DNA from: an uncultured candidate division Zixibacteria bacterium
GTDB lineage: Bacteria; Zixibacteria; MSB-5A5; GN15; PGXB01
Assembly (NCBI GenBank): GCA_963702205.1
Contig: OY969724.1
Location: 832,001 to 896,000 of the forward strand
Length of the DNA: 64,000 bases
Reading direction: 5' to 3'
Shown here: positions 10,403 through 19,328 of the stretch, piece after piece
Numbering within the stretch: position 1 is the first letter of the stretch
Layout of the letters: every line of letters starts with the position of its first letter
Notes under the pieces: generated by a model
Seen by the model: the letters and a program-made list of their open reading frames with translations, nothing else
The model's database searches: none
What the model was told of the DNA's origin: nothing
Program-made: the position numbers and the translations under genes

Positions 10403-10563
10403 CGCTTTCAATGGTGTAGGCCTTTGTTTAAATATAAGTTGGGCTCATTTCAAAAATGTCATTATTGGCGATGTCTGATTGTGAAAAGGCGGCTTTTCTA
10501 ACACCATTAACAACATCCAGGTATCGTTTGTTGTGCTGCTCGTGTCTAAACAAAGCGACCAAT

Positions 10564-10902
10564 TTAGCGAAGCGATTTCATCGCGTCTTCGACGCTTTCG
10601 TATGTTTGAAATATTCTCACAAGTTGTGTTATTGTCAGAAGAGTTTTTATGCCCTTAGTGATATTAGCCAACCTGAATTCTCCGCCTGCGCTATTGATAG
10701 TCGCCAAAGCTGAAATCAACATTCCCAGTCCAACTGAATTCATCAGGTCTACTTTGGCCAGGTCAATCACTATCCGCTTCTTACCGGCGTTGACAAGTTC
10801 ATGGATCTTGCCGTGGAACATGGTGGCATCCGGGCCTCCGATTACCTTACCCTTAAGTTGAATAATCGCCACGTCTCCCTTTGCTTCTTCCTGCAGCTTC
10901 AT
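10564..10902 (-). CDS. STAS-domain anti-sigma factor antagonist
   Basis: IVIDLAKVDLMNSVGLGMLI STAS motif; RBS GGAGG before MKLQEE. Confidence 0.9.
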   Translation of the reverse strand: MKLQEEAKGDVAIIQLKGKVIGGPDATMFHGKIHELVNAGKKRIVIDLAKVDLMNSVGLGMLISALATINSAGGEFRLANITKGIKTLLTITQLVRIFQTYESVEDAMKSLR

Positions 10903-10977
10903 TGTGTCCTCCCTCAATTAATTTTTATATAGTTTCCATACTGCAGTCTCATTGACCTATCGTATATAATTCCTGTG

Positions 10978-13900
10978 CTATTCAAAGTCTTCCCATTGAC
11001 ACGGTTCCGGACCGGGAGGTTCATTATACAGGTGCGCAATCAGGTACAATATATCGATCAGGTTAATATATTGATCACAGTTGGCATCGCCAGCAGTCAA
11101 CGGATACGGGGCCGGTCCGGGCGGGTCATCGTATAGATATGCAATCAGATATAAAATATCTATCAGGTTGACGGTGTTATCTCTGGAGGCGTCGCCATTA
11201 TTGAAATGATAATTCTCGACGACTTCATAGCCCAGCGTATCAGCCATACCAGAGGCCGGGACATCGGCATTTTCGACAATAATTACCTGTAATGATCCAT
11301 CGATCCGAATACCCACGGAGTATATTGCTCCCGGTGGGGGGTCACCCTGTGAACGTACGATAATAATATAGTCACCTTCGAGAGGATATTGAATGGTGAT
11401 TGAATCATGCACAATATCCTCATACGTGGCATTTGTGCCAATAGTGTTGAAATATGTGTCATCTGACAGCTTTCCTATGCTATCTCCAGCCGGATCTAAA
11501 ACCTGTAAATTGATTGGCGAATAGCCAACAATTATCAGCGGTGTCGGCACCAGGTTGAAATTAGGCGCAAACTCGGAAGTGTTGCCCAGGGTATCGGTGC
11601 AGGTGGCGGTAATCATTGAAAAGTATGGAACCATGTTGTTGATTTGATATTCAAAGTCGCCGTTTCCGTCGGCGGTATCTGACCCAATATATGAATATGC
11701 TTCACCATAGCCTGAGGGATCGGCGGGTTGAGATGTGTCGCCTTCGGGATGAGCCACAAAGAATTCTATTATGGCGCTGTCGGCAGCTTTGCCATAAACC
11801 CTGAATGTACTATCCGGATTCATGAAGAGCGAATCGATTTCAGGATAATTCAACAGGCTATTGCAGCCATCGTCGGTATCGCCCGGATCATTAAGAGTAA
11901 CCCCATCTTCTTCCAAAGCAATTCCCAGACCACCATTCAAGTAAATGAGATTTCGTGCTATTGTATTAAGTTCGCTGAAGTATACGACTAAAACTCCGGC
12001 GTCGTCATTAAATGCTATAATATTGGAATCTATCAGATTGCCGTCACAATTAAAGTCGATCATTATCCCGTTACCATGATTGGATCGACCGGGGTGTAAC
12101 AAATCACCGCCAATATGATTTCCAATCACCTGATTGGAATCGGCATTGTCATAAATATAAATGCCATTTTCACCATTACCGTATATGATATTTCCATCGC
12201 CTGGATTGCGACCGCCAATAAATGTATTGGAGATCTCATAGTACAGACAAATCCCGCTAAAATGGTTTCCCACAATTGTATTTCCGATTATCGTATTGCT
12301 ATCGATATAGTCAGATGAGTTAGGTCCGATTTGAATGCCATGTCCCAGACAACCCGCAATGAGGTTCTCTGGCCCAATAGTATTTAGTCTGCATATATTA
12401 TCGGACGTAAAAATACCATAATTATTTGAAATAGTGTCGGTCATATTTGGCGCAAGACCGATTATATTATTGGCAACTTCATTTCTAAAGCCGTTTTCGA
12501 CGCCTCCGTCAAAATATATCGCCCGTGATGTATTACAAATGAAGTTGGGCAGCATAGTCGTATCGCCCACATAGTTACTGTCGGATGCCTGTATCCAGAT
12601 GCCGTCACCCTCTCGCGTATGTGTGCCCAGTTTTGTTCCCCACGGTGTCAAACCTATATAGTTGTTATATATGCTGTTATGTGCTGAGGAGTTTACCCAT
12701 ATGGCGGCGCTCGATGAGGCCATGGACATAATATTTTTGTCGTTGGCACCAGGACCACCGATCATATTATAATTGCCGTCGAGGTCTATTGCGAAGCCGT
12801 CCCCGGCTTCTCGCGCATCGCCATTGGAATTCACATTAAGATAGCAATTATATACATTATTATGATGGCCAAAAATCCTGATACACGCCCAGTCCCAATT
12901 GTTGATGGTCAATCCTTCAATCTCGCAATAGCTGCAGCTAAGTTGCAGACCGGAGATATGTGATCCCGTGAGAGATGATCCATCGATAATGATGCTGTGC
13001 GGGCCACCCGGCGCAGTTGACCCCAAAATTATGGTGGAATCATCAGTCAAGGCCGGCAATGCCGTCGAGAGATTTATAGTCCCCGATATAGAAAATGTAA
13101 TGGTGTCAGGACCGGCATTGGAATTGGCCCCATTGATGGCGGCGCGCAATGTCCCGACGCCGTCGTCATCAAGACTGGTGACTTCTCTATACGATGTCAT
13201 TTTGGTCCAGGCGGCAATATAAGAAGAAGGTTTTTCGCCGGCCATACTGAATCCCCCGCCCGCGTACAACTTGGAGCCACTAACGCCTAATGCCCAGACT
13301 ACATTATCAATGCCAGATCCCAAAGCCTCCCACGAAGATCCATCCCATGAGGCTATATGATTGGCTTCCATCCCACCGGCCATTGTAAGATGACCTGCGG
13401 CGATCAATTTGTTATCGAATACTTCGAGCGATTGTATTATATCATTTACACCGGGACCGATAGCCGACCATGTGGATCCATCCCAGGCGGCGATATCCTC
13501 GATACTGGCTCCTCCCGCGGTTGTGAAAAATCCTCCTGCAATCAATTCATTGTCGTAAACCGCAAGAGCACGTACATACGATGATGGTATGCCTCCTTCC
13601 ATTCCTGAACTGAGCGCCACCCAGGAGGCGCCGTCCCAGGCGGCAATACAATTGGCACCACTGCCTCCGGCTGAAGTAAACTTGCCGCCGGCAATCAACT
13701 TATTATCGAAGACAACCATATCATAAACATAATTATCCAGACCGGAACCTAAAGCAGACCAGGTTGATCCATTCCATGAGGCGATATAGCCAACACTTGT
13801 GCCCCCAGCGTTTGTGAATCCACCGCCTGCTATTAAATCGCCTTCGAAAACGGCCAGGGCATAAATATCTCCATTCATGCCAGACCCCAGAGCCGACCAG

Positions 13901-15432
13901 GAAGCACCATCCCATGCTGCGATACGGTTGGCGCCAACACCCCCGGCCGTCGAAAAATGACCTCCGGCAATCAATTGATTATCGTAAGTGGCAAGGGCAC
14001 GAACTGCCAGTGATGTCCCCCCCATACCGGATCCCAGAGATGACCAAGCGGAGCCATCCCAGGCTGCTATGCCGTTGACGGTTGCCCCGCCGGCGGTGGT
14101 GAAACTCCCCCCGCAAATCAGATCATTATCATATTCGGAAAGAGCATAAGCAAATTGGTCCATCCCCTGCCCCAGAGCTGACCAATCGGCTCCGTCCCAT
14201 GAAGCAATGCGATTTGTCGTCACGCCGCCGGCAGTGGGGAAAGAACCCCCCGCGATCAACTGGTTGTCATAAACGGTCAGGGCATTGACCCAGTCATTCA
14301 TTCCCAATCCCAGCGGCGACCAGCTGCTCCCATCCCAGGAAGCGATGTAATTTGCTATCACGCCGCCGGCAGTGGTGAAATGCCCCCCCGCGATCAGCTG
14401 GTTGTCATAAACGGTCAGGGCATGGATAGTGCTATTCATCCCCAATCCCAATGGCGACCAGCTGCTCCCATCCCAGGAAGCGATGCAATTCGCCGCCGTA
14501 CCGCCGGCCGTTGTGAAATCACCCCCCGCGATCAACTGGTTGTCATAAACGGTTAAGGCACGGACCCAGTCATTCATCCCCGATCCCAGCGGCGACCAAT
14601 TGCTCCCATCCCAGGAAGCGATGAAATACGCCGTTGTTCCGCCGGCCGTTGTGAAATCACCCCCCGCGATCAACTGGTTGTCATAAACGGTTAAGGCACG
14701 GACCCAGTCATTCATCCCCGATCCCAGCGGCGACCAATTGCTCCCATCCCAGGAAGCGATGTGATTCGCCGTCGTTCCGCCGGCCGTTGTGAAATTCCCC
14801 GCCGCGATCAGCTTATTGTCATAAACGGTCAGGGTCGAGACATCACCATCCATTCCTGATCCCAGCGGCGACCAATTGCTCCCATCCCAGGAAGCGATGT
14901 GATTTGCTGGCACGCCGTCGGCCGTTGTGAAATACCCCCCCGCGATCAACTGGTTGTCAAAAACGGTCAGGGCATGGACAAATCCATCCATCCCCGATCC
15001 CAGCGGCGACCAGTCGCTCCCATCCCAGGAAGCGATGTAATTCGCCGTCACGCCGCCGGCCGTTGTGAATTCACCCCCCGCAATCAGCTTATTGTCATAA
15101 ACGGTCATGGCCCAAATATAAGCATCGCATCCGGGTGAACAGAATCCCCCTTCCCAGTACACATCATCTGGGCTGGATTTGGAATAGTCGCCCCTGGCCA
15201 CGCGCACAATCGGATCACCAGTAACTGGATCAAGTTTAATGTCAAAACCATTGAGATTCAATGCCCCCTTATAGCCACTGGAGCGAATGGCCTGAAGATC
15301 GATATGGTTATCTGCGGTAAGATATTCTTGGATGTTTTTGCCTTTTTGATTTTCAATATCAGGTTGCCCCCATATCGTCGATGTACAGAGCAGCATGACT
15401 GCCGCCAGACAGATATTAAAGATACTGCGCAT
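10978..15432 (-). CDS. Large secreted protein: 14 beta-propeller repeats, right-handed beta-helix region, C-terminal dockerin
   Basis: Signal peptide; 14 repeats of about 46 aa (WDGSxWSxLGSG..ALxVYDNxLIAGGxFTTAGG); DDGVGTLRAAI; NxIxGNxIG repeats; GDASRDNTVNLIDILYLI and GDANCDQYINLIDIL. Confidence 0.9.
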   Translation of the reverse strand: MRSIFNICLAAVMLLCTSTIWGQPDIENQKGKNIQEYLTADNHIDLQAIRSSGYKGALNLNGFDIKLDPVTGDPIVRVARGDYSKSSPDDVYWEGGFCSPGCDAYIWAMTVYDNKLIAGGEFTTAGGVTANYIASWDGSDWSPLGSGMDGFVHALTVFDNQLIAGGYFTTADGVPANHIASWDGSNWSPLGSGMDGDVSTLTVYDNKLIAAGNFTTAGGTTANHIASWDGSNWSPLGSGMNDWVRALTVYDNQLIAGGDFTTAGGTTAYFIASWDGSNWSPLGSGMNDWVRALTVYDNQLIAGGDFTTAGGTAANCIASWDGSSWSPLGLGMNSTIHALTVYDNQLIAGGHFTTAGGVIANYIASWDGSSWSPLGLGMNDWVNALTVYDNQLIAGGSFPTAGGVTTNRIASWDGADWSALGQGMDQFAYALSEYDNDLICGGSFTTAGGATVNGIAAWDGSAWSSLGSGMGGTSLAVRALATYDNQLIAGGHFSTAGGVGANRIAAWDGASWSALGSGMNGDIYALAVFEGDLIAGGGFTNAGGTSVGYIASWNGSTWSALGSGLDNYVYDMVVFDNKLIAGGKFTSAGGSGANCIAAWDGASWVALSSGMEGGIPSSYVRALAVYDNELIAGGFFTTAGGASIEDIAAWDGSTWSAIGPGVNDIIQSLEVFDNKLIAAGHLTMAGGMEANHIASWDGSSWEALGSGIDNVVWALGVSGSKLYAGGGFSMAGEKPSSYIAAWTKMTSYREVTSLDDDGVGTLRAAINGANSNAGPDTITFSISGTINLSTALPALTDDSTIILGSTAPGGPHSIIIDGSSLTGSHISGLQLSCSYCEIEGLTINNWDWACIRIFGHHNNVYNCYLNVNSNGDAREAGDGFAIDLDGNYNMIGGPGANDKNIMSMASSSAAIWVNSSAHNSIYNNYIGLTPWGTKLGTHTREGDGIWIQASDSNYVGDTTMLPNFICNTSRAIYFDGGVENGFRNEVANNIIGLAPNMTDTISNNYGIFTSDNICRLNTIGPENLIAGCLGHGIQIGPNSSDYIDSNTIIGNTIVGNHFSGICLYYEISNTFIGGRNPGDGNIIYGNGENGIYIYDNADSNQVIGNHIGGDLLHPGRSNHGNGIMIDFNCDGNLIDSNIIAFNDDAGVLVVYFSELNTIARNLIYLNGGLGIALEEDGVTLNDPGDTDDGCNSLLNYPEIDSLFMNPDSTFRVYGKAADSAIIEFFVAHPEGDTSQPADPSGYGEAYSYIGSDTADGNGDFEYQINNMVPYFSMITATCTDTLGNTSEFAPNFNLVPTPLIIVGYSPINLQVLDPAGDSIGKLSDDTYFNTIGTNATYEDIVHDSITIQYPLEGDYIIIVRSQGDPPPGAIYSVGIRIDGSLQVIIVENADVPASGMADTLGYEVVENYHFNNGDASRDNTVNLIDILYLIAYLYDDPPGPAPYPLTAGDANCDQYINLIDILYLIAHLYNEPPGPEPCQWEDFE
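14170..15115 (-). repeat. Seven near-identical 138-bp tandem units inside the 1484-aa gene
   Basis: Recurring cccatcccaggaagcgat and gtcataaacggt blocks at 138-bp spacing. Confidence 0.9.
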
Positions 15433-15511
15433 AAGTGCCCTCCGAGAATAAGCTGTTTTTATATCAGGGTCATGCTTGAACCACTATCTATTTCAAAATA
15501 CTAATTTTCCA

Positions 15512-16004
15512 TCATTCCGGGCATTGGGGTTCGGGGCCGGGGGGAGCATTATATTTATAGGCTATCAAATACAGAATATCTATAAGATTTACAAAAGTGT
15601 CTCCATTGGCGTCCATGAGTTCATTGCAACCGTCGGGATTGCCCGGCCCCGGGGGTGTGTTGTATTTGTATGCGATCAAGTACAAAAATGTCTATCAGAT
15701 TAACGGCATGATCGCTGTTGGCATCACCGGGGGTTCCCCAAATCTGGCAACAGCTTCCGCCATTGCCAAAATCCTGCCAGAATCCCTGATTTATGATATA
15801 GCCCGCCGATGTGCCCGGACCGACAGCCGTCTGGCCGACTGTCCCGCTCAAGACATAGTTGGTGGAAACGCCGTTCATGCAGCCTCCACCAGAAACGACC
15901 TGCCATTTGATTTGTTCGCCGGATTTGGTATCGGCCAGAACGAAGGTCATCATCCCGGCAATCAATAGCAGCGAGCAAAAATAAAAGATTGTTTTGGTTT
16001 TCAT
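15512..16004 (-). CDS. Small secreted adaptor-dockerin protein; +1 frameshift at 15684-15688
   Basis: Signal peptide, WQVVSGGG..YVLSGTVGQ..QGFWQ, CCQIWGTPGDANSD. Removing one base from the A5 run after AGTAC restores DILYLIAYKYNTPPGPGNPDGCNELMDANGD..CPE, matching the paralog at 47144. Confidence 0.88.
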
Positions 16005-16059
16005 ATTACCGCCCAGTATTTATGGCACAATGTAAATTCATATTGCTATCAAGATTTAA

Positions 16060-18018
16060 TTATCGTTGTTCTGTTTCATGCCGATGGCTTTCGTTTTCCA
16101 GCGCGGTTTTATGATTCTCGAAATCTATAGCTTTTTCGATGCCGAACCCGAAAAGTTCCGGATTCTGGTAAAGGCCTTGTTTGTCGCCGGTTTTGAGTGA
16201 CTCGACTTCAATCACTTTCGCTTTGGCGAAGGCATCTTTGCGAACCCCTGTCACCTGCCACGAAACTTCCATGAACGGTTTGCCTCCCGCGATTATAAAG
16301 CTGTTATCTTCGATCTTTCTGGCGACGTAGAGTTCGGGCATCGACGCGCCAATCGGCGTCAGCTGGTAGCGATAATTATCGTTGAGGGCATCGAAGTACG
16401 AGGGGAGTTTGACGACCGCCTCGCCGTTGGCGTCGAGTTCGATGTTGCCGTTGTAAATGTTCATCATATCGGGGGAAGAAACATCAGAATGTGCAAGGTA
16501 CATGTTTGCGGGATCGACCGGGTGATCTATCATATATCCTCCGGCGGCCTTGGTATTGGTGCCGGTAGCGTGAAGATTACCAACGAAGTATCCGCCATAA
16601 TTAGAGGTTGTACTGCCGCATGAACCATACACCCCATAATTCGCCGTTCCATTGAGGGCTAACCCATAGACTCCTATAGTATATGCCCCATATCTGGCAT
16701 CACCCCGGATACCATAAGAGTACCCTGTGGTCAAATAAGAGGTTCTGGTTTCTGCAAGTGAAAATAATCCGTATCGCTGAGCACCGTCCGAATAGGCATG
16801 AATATTCGCACCATAGCAAAGTCCGCCCACAGAAGGCGTCTTGCAGTGCACAGCGGATGAAATGCCGGTTAAATAACCAGTATTAGCATTCTCCATCAGG
16901 ATACCCAAACCGGTATTATCCGTAGTTGTATTAAAATCTCGTCTAATATCAACAAAGTCATATATCGAAATGCCGTTATTATTTCCTATTCTAAGTCCGT
17001 AATCGTTGATTTGCAGTGTACTGTCTTTGAACTGAGTGGTTCCGCTGAAGGTTTTGTTCCCGGTAATTGTTTGGCTACTGGATAAATTCACTGCTGTCCC
17101 AGAAATTTTGTTTACTGCAATATTTGCTGAATAACTTATATCATCGTCAATAATAGTTTGGGTGCCAATGTCGGCTGTTGTAACGTTGCCATCGGCGATT
17201 TTGTCGGTGGTTACGCAATTTTGATTTAAATTGGTCGTATGGACTGCCAACGCCCCAAGCTTGCTGGATGTAATTGCTTGATCGTTAATTTTATCAGTCG
17301 TGACGCCGTTGGTCGCAATAGCCAGTGTCACCGAACCCGACGTTCCTCCTCCGGTCAGCCCGCCGGTGGCATTGACTTCGGTAATATCACCGGTTCCGGT
17401 CTGATCGTCGGCCAGCTGCCAATCCGAGCCGTCCCACTTGATAATCTGATTCGGCGCCAAGCCCGGTTCCAGCTCCTGCAAGCCGATCGACATGTCCTCA
17501 ATGTTGTCACCGGTAATCTCATCATAGCCGATATCCTCTGCCGTAATCGTGTGCGGCTGGATGTGCGAGGAATTGACGGCATTGGCGCCAATTTCGGTCG
17601 ACGTAATGCAACCCATGCACTCGAGAGACTGGGCGACGTCGGCGTTGCCGCTTTGCATCGAAAAGGCAGTGGACCCGAGTTTGGTTCTCGGACTTATTTC
17701 GGGATCGGCGCCGACGGTGACCCCGAGGTACCGGGCCGAATCATCGAATAGACCGCTCGGCAATTTAATTATCGAACCGAGCTGGTAGTTGAACAAGCCA
17801 CCCGTTACGATTACCGCCTGAATGCCGGACGACCACAGAGAGTCATCGTCGGATTCAGAAGCGTAGATTTTGAATTTAAGAAAATAGGTGTTGTCCGCAA
17901 CCGGGCTGCCGTCGATATCGGTCAACCGGCCCTGGTAGTTGATAAGTTGCGGAACCCCGGCCAGGGCCGATAGAACCAAAGCCATTAACGCCAGGATCAA
18001 GAGACAAATGCGACACAT
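16060..18018 (-). CDS. Secreted fibre-like protein (INYQG N-domain, VTxxKI repeats, YG repeats, IDHP..YQLT C-terminal chaperone-like domain)
   Basis: Signal peptide, LINYQGRLTD; low-complexity stalk; C-terminal YMIDHPVDPANMYLAHS..LPSYFDALN..RYQLT..VSWQVTGVRKD. Confidence 0.8.
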   Translation of the reverse strand: MCRICLLILALMALVLSALAGVPQLINYQGRLTDIDGSPVADNTYFLKFKIYASESDDDSLWSSGIQAVIVTGGLFNYQLGSIIKLPSGLFDDSARYLGVTVGADPEISPRTKLGSTAFSMQSGNADVAQSLECMGCITSTEIGANAVNSSHIQPHTITAEDIGYDEITGDNIEDMSIGLQELEPGLAPNQIIKWDGSDWQLADDQTGTGDITEVNATGGLTGGGTSGSVTLAIATNGVTTDKINDQAITSSKLGALAVHTTNLNQNCVTTDKIADGNVTTADIGTQTIIDDDISYSANIAVNKISGTAVNLSSSQTITGNKTFSGTTQFKDSTLQINDYGLRIGNNNGISIYDFVDIRRDFNTTTDNTGLGILMENANTGYLTGISSAVHCKTPSVGGLCYGANIHAYSDGAQRYGLFSLAETRTSYLTTGYSYGIRGDARYGAYTIGVYGLALNGTANYGVYGSCGSTTSNYGGYFVGNLHATGTNTKAAGGYMIDHPVDPANMYLAHSDVSSPDMMNIYNGNIELDANGEAVVKLPSYFDALNDNYRYQLTPIGASMPELYVARKIEDNSFIIAGGKPFMEVSWQVTGVRKDAFAKAKVIEVESLKTGDKQGLYQNPELFGFGIEKAIDFENHKTALENESHRHETEQR

Positions 18019-18317
18019 AGTGTTCCTCCAGGTTTTTTAGTTAATTATGTGATATTTGTTTTTATGGCCAAAAGGAGCAAAATCGATATCAGATTTTACC
18101 CATGCGGACTGTACGGACAACGATATAACCGCCGCTTTACTGACATAAACAATGCCGCGCATAGGTCCCTCCAGAATTATAAACGGATTAAACGGGTTGT
18201 GCTCGAAACCCGTATAAATATAACTTATACGCCAATTTAGTCAATCAAAAGCTTTCGATGAGGTTGGCGACCGTTATCCCATAGCAGAGTCAAAGGTCTT
18301 ATAAGCCATATGGTTGT

Positions 18318-19328
18318 CTATAACTCTTTCAACATATGGATTTGCCATAAGTCGCGGTTCGAAGTCCGAAGCAGGGGCAGCAGGGCTATTCGGCCGGTTT
18401 TGCCAATGCTTTTTTTCAGAAATTCCAGTTCCTTGAATTTGGCCTCGATATCATATTCGCATGTCACCTGAAGTCCATGCTGTCGCGCAAGCATGATGCC
18501 TTTGGCTCGCATTGACAATTCAATATGGAGTCGGAGATAGCACAGCATATCCGCCACCACCGGACCGGGAAATTTGGATTGAAGTTCCTCGAAATACTGT
18601 CCGATTCGTGTGTTCGTGGCGATCCCCGATTCGATTATATCCATCAGTTCTATATCGGTATCAAGGCCGGAACCAAGCCAATTTCTTGTGGTGCGTTCGC
18701 TGATCTCAAAGGCAATCATAAAAATAACGGGCAGAAATATTATCAATATAATGGCCGATAGTACGGGCGATAACAGGAAATGGTTATAAGCTGAGTGTAT
18801 AGCAACCGCCGTCAAAATGGTCAACCCAAAGCCTAGGGTATGTCCGTACTTGATTTTTTCGTAAATCGTCTGGTACAATGCCGCAAACACCGCCTGCGCG
18901 CCGCCGTGCATGATGGCCGTCCCGAAGCCTCTCAGAATCCACACAAGAACCTGCGAGTCATGCAGCGTAAAGACAAAATAACTGTTTTCCACAAATGCGA
19001 AACCACTACCGATAGCGAATCCCAGGATGGAAGCATCGACGACAAATCCGATTTTGTTTCTTTTCAATAATTGAACGATCCATAATCCCTTTAAGATTTC
19101 TTCTATAAACGGAGAAATGTAGCGTGTGTATGTGACGGTCTTTATATTCAGTAAGTCGATCAGTGCCCGATGCAGATAATAACAAATCAGTGCAACGAGA
19201 CAACCATACGCGATGGCCCTGATAATTTTCGTGACACCGACAAGTTTATAACTATCGAGGAAAATAAGAGCCGCCAGAAACAAGAATACCGGAAAGATGC
19301 TTATGATGATTTTTGCGGGGTATATCAT
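18318..19328 (-). CDS. PrsW-family intramembrane metalloprotease with C-terminal extension
   Basis: PFIEEILK, GFAFVEN, AIMH, IHSAYN motifs. Confidence 0.9.
   Translation of the reverse strand: MIYPAKIIISIFPVFLFLAALIFLDSYKLVGVTKIIRAIAYGCLVALICYYLHRALIDLLNIKTVTYTRYISPFIEEILKGLWIVQLLKRNKIGFVVDASILGFAIGSGFAFVENSYFVFTLHDSQVLVWILRGFGTAIMHGGAQAVFAALYQTIYEKIKYGHTLGFGLTILTAVAIHSAYNHFLLSPVLSAIILIIFLPVIFMIAFEISERTTRNWLGSGLDTDIELMDIIESGIATNTRIGQYFEELQSKFPGPVVADMLCYLRLHIELSMRAKGIMLARQHGLQVTCEYDIEAKFKELEFLKKSIGKTGRIALLPLLRTSNRDLWQIHMLKEL

Noticed and set aside
14170..15115. Diversity-generating retroelement target or CRISPR array
   Set aside because: The repeats are in-frame coding blades without spacers. 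No RT or template repeat is in the window, and variable codons TGG, TCG and GAA break a strict adenine-only pattern, although some sites are NNY-biased
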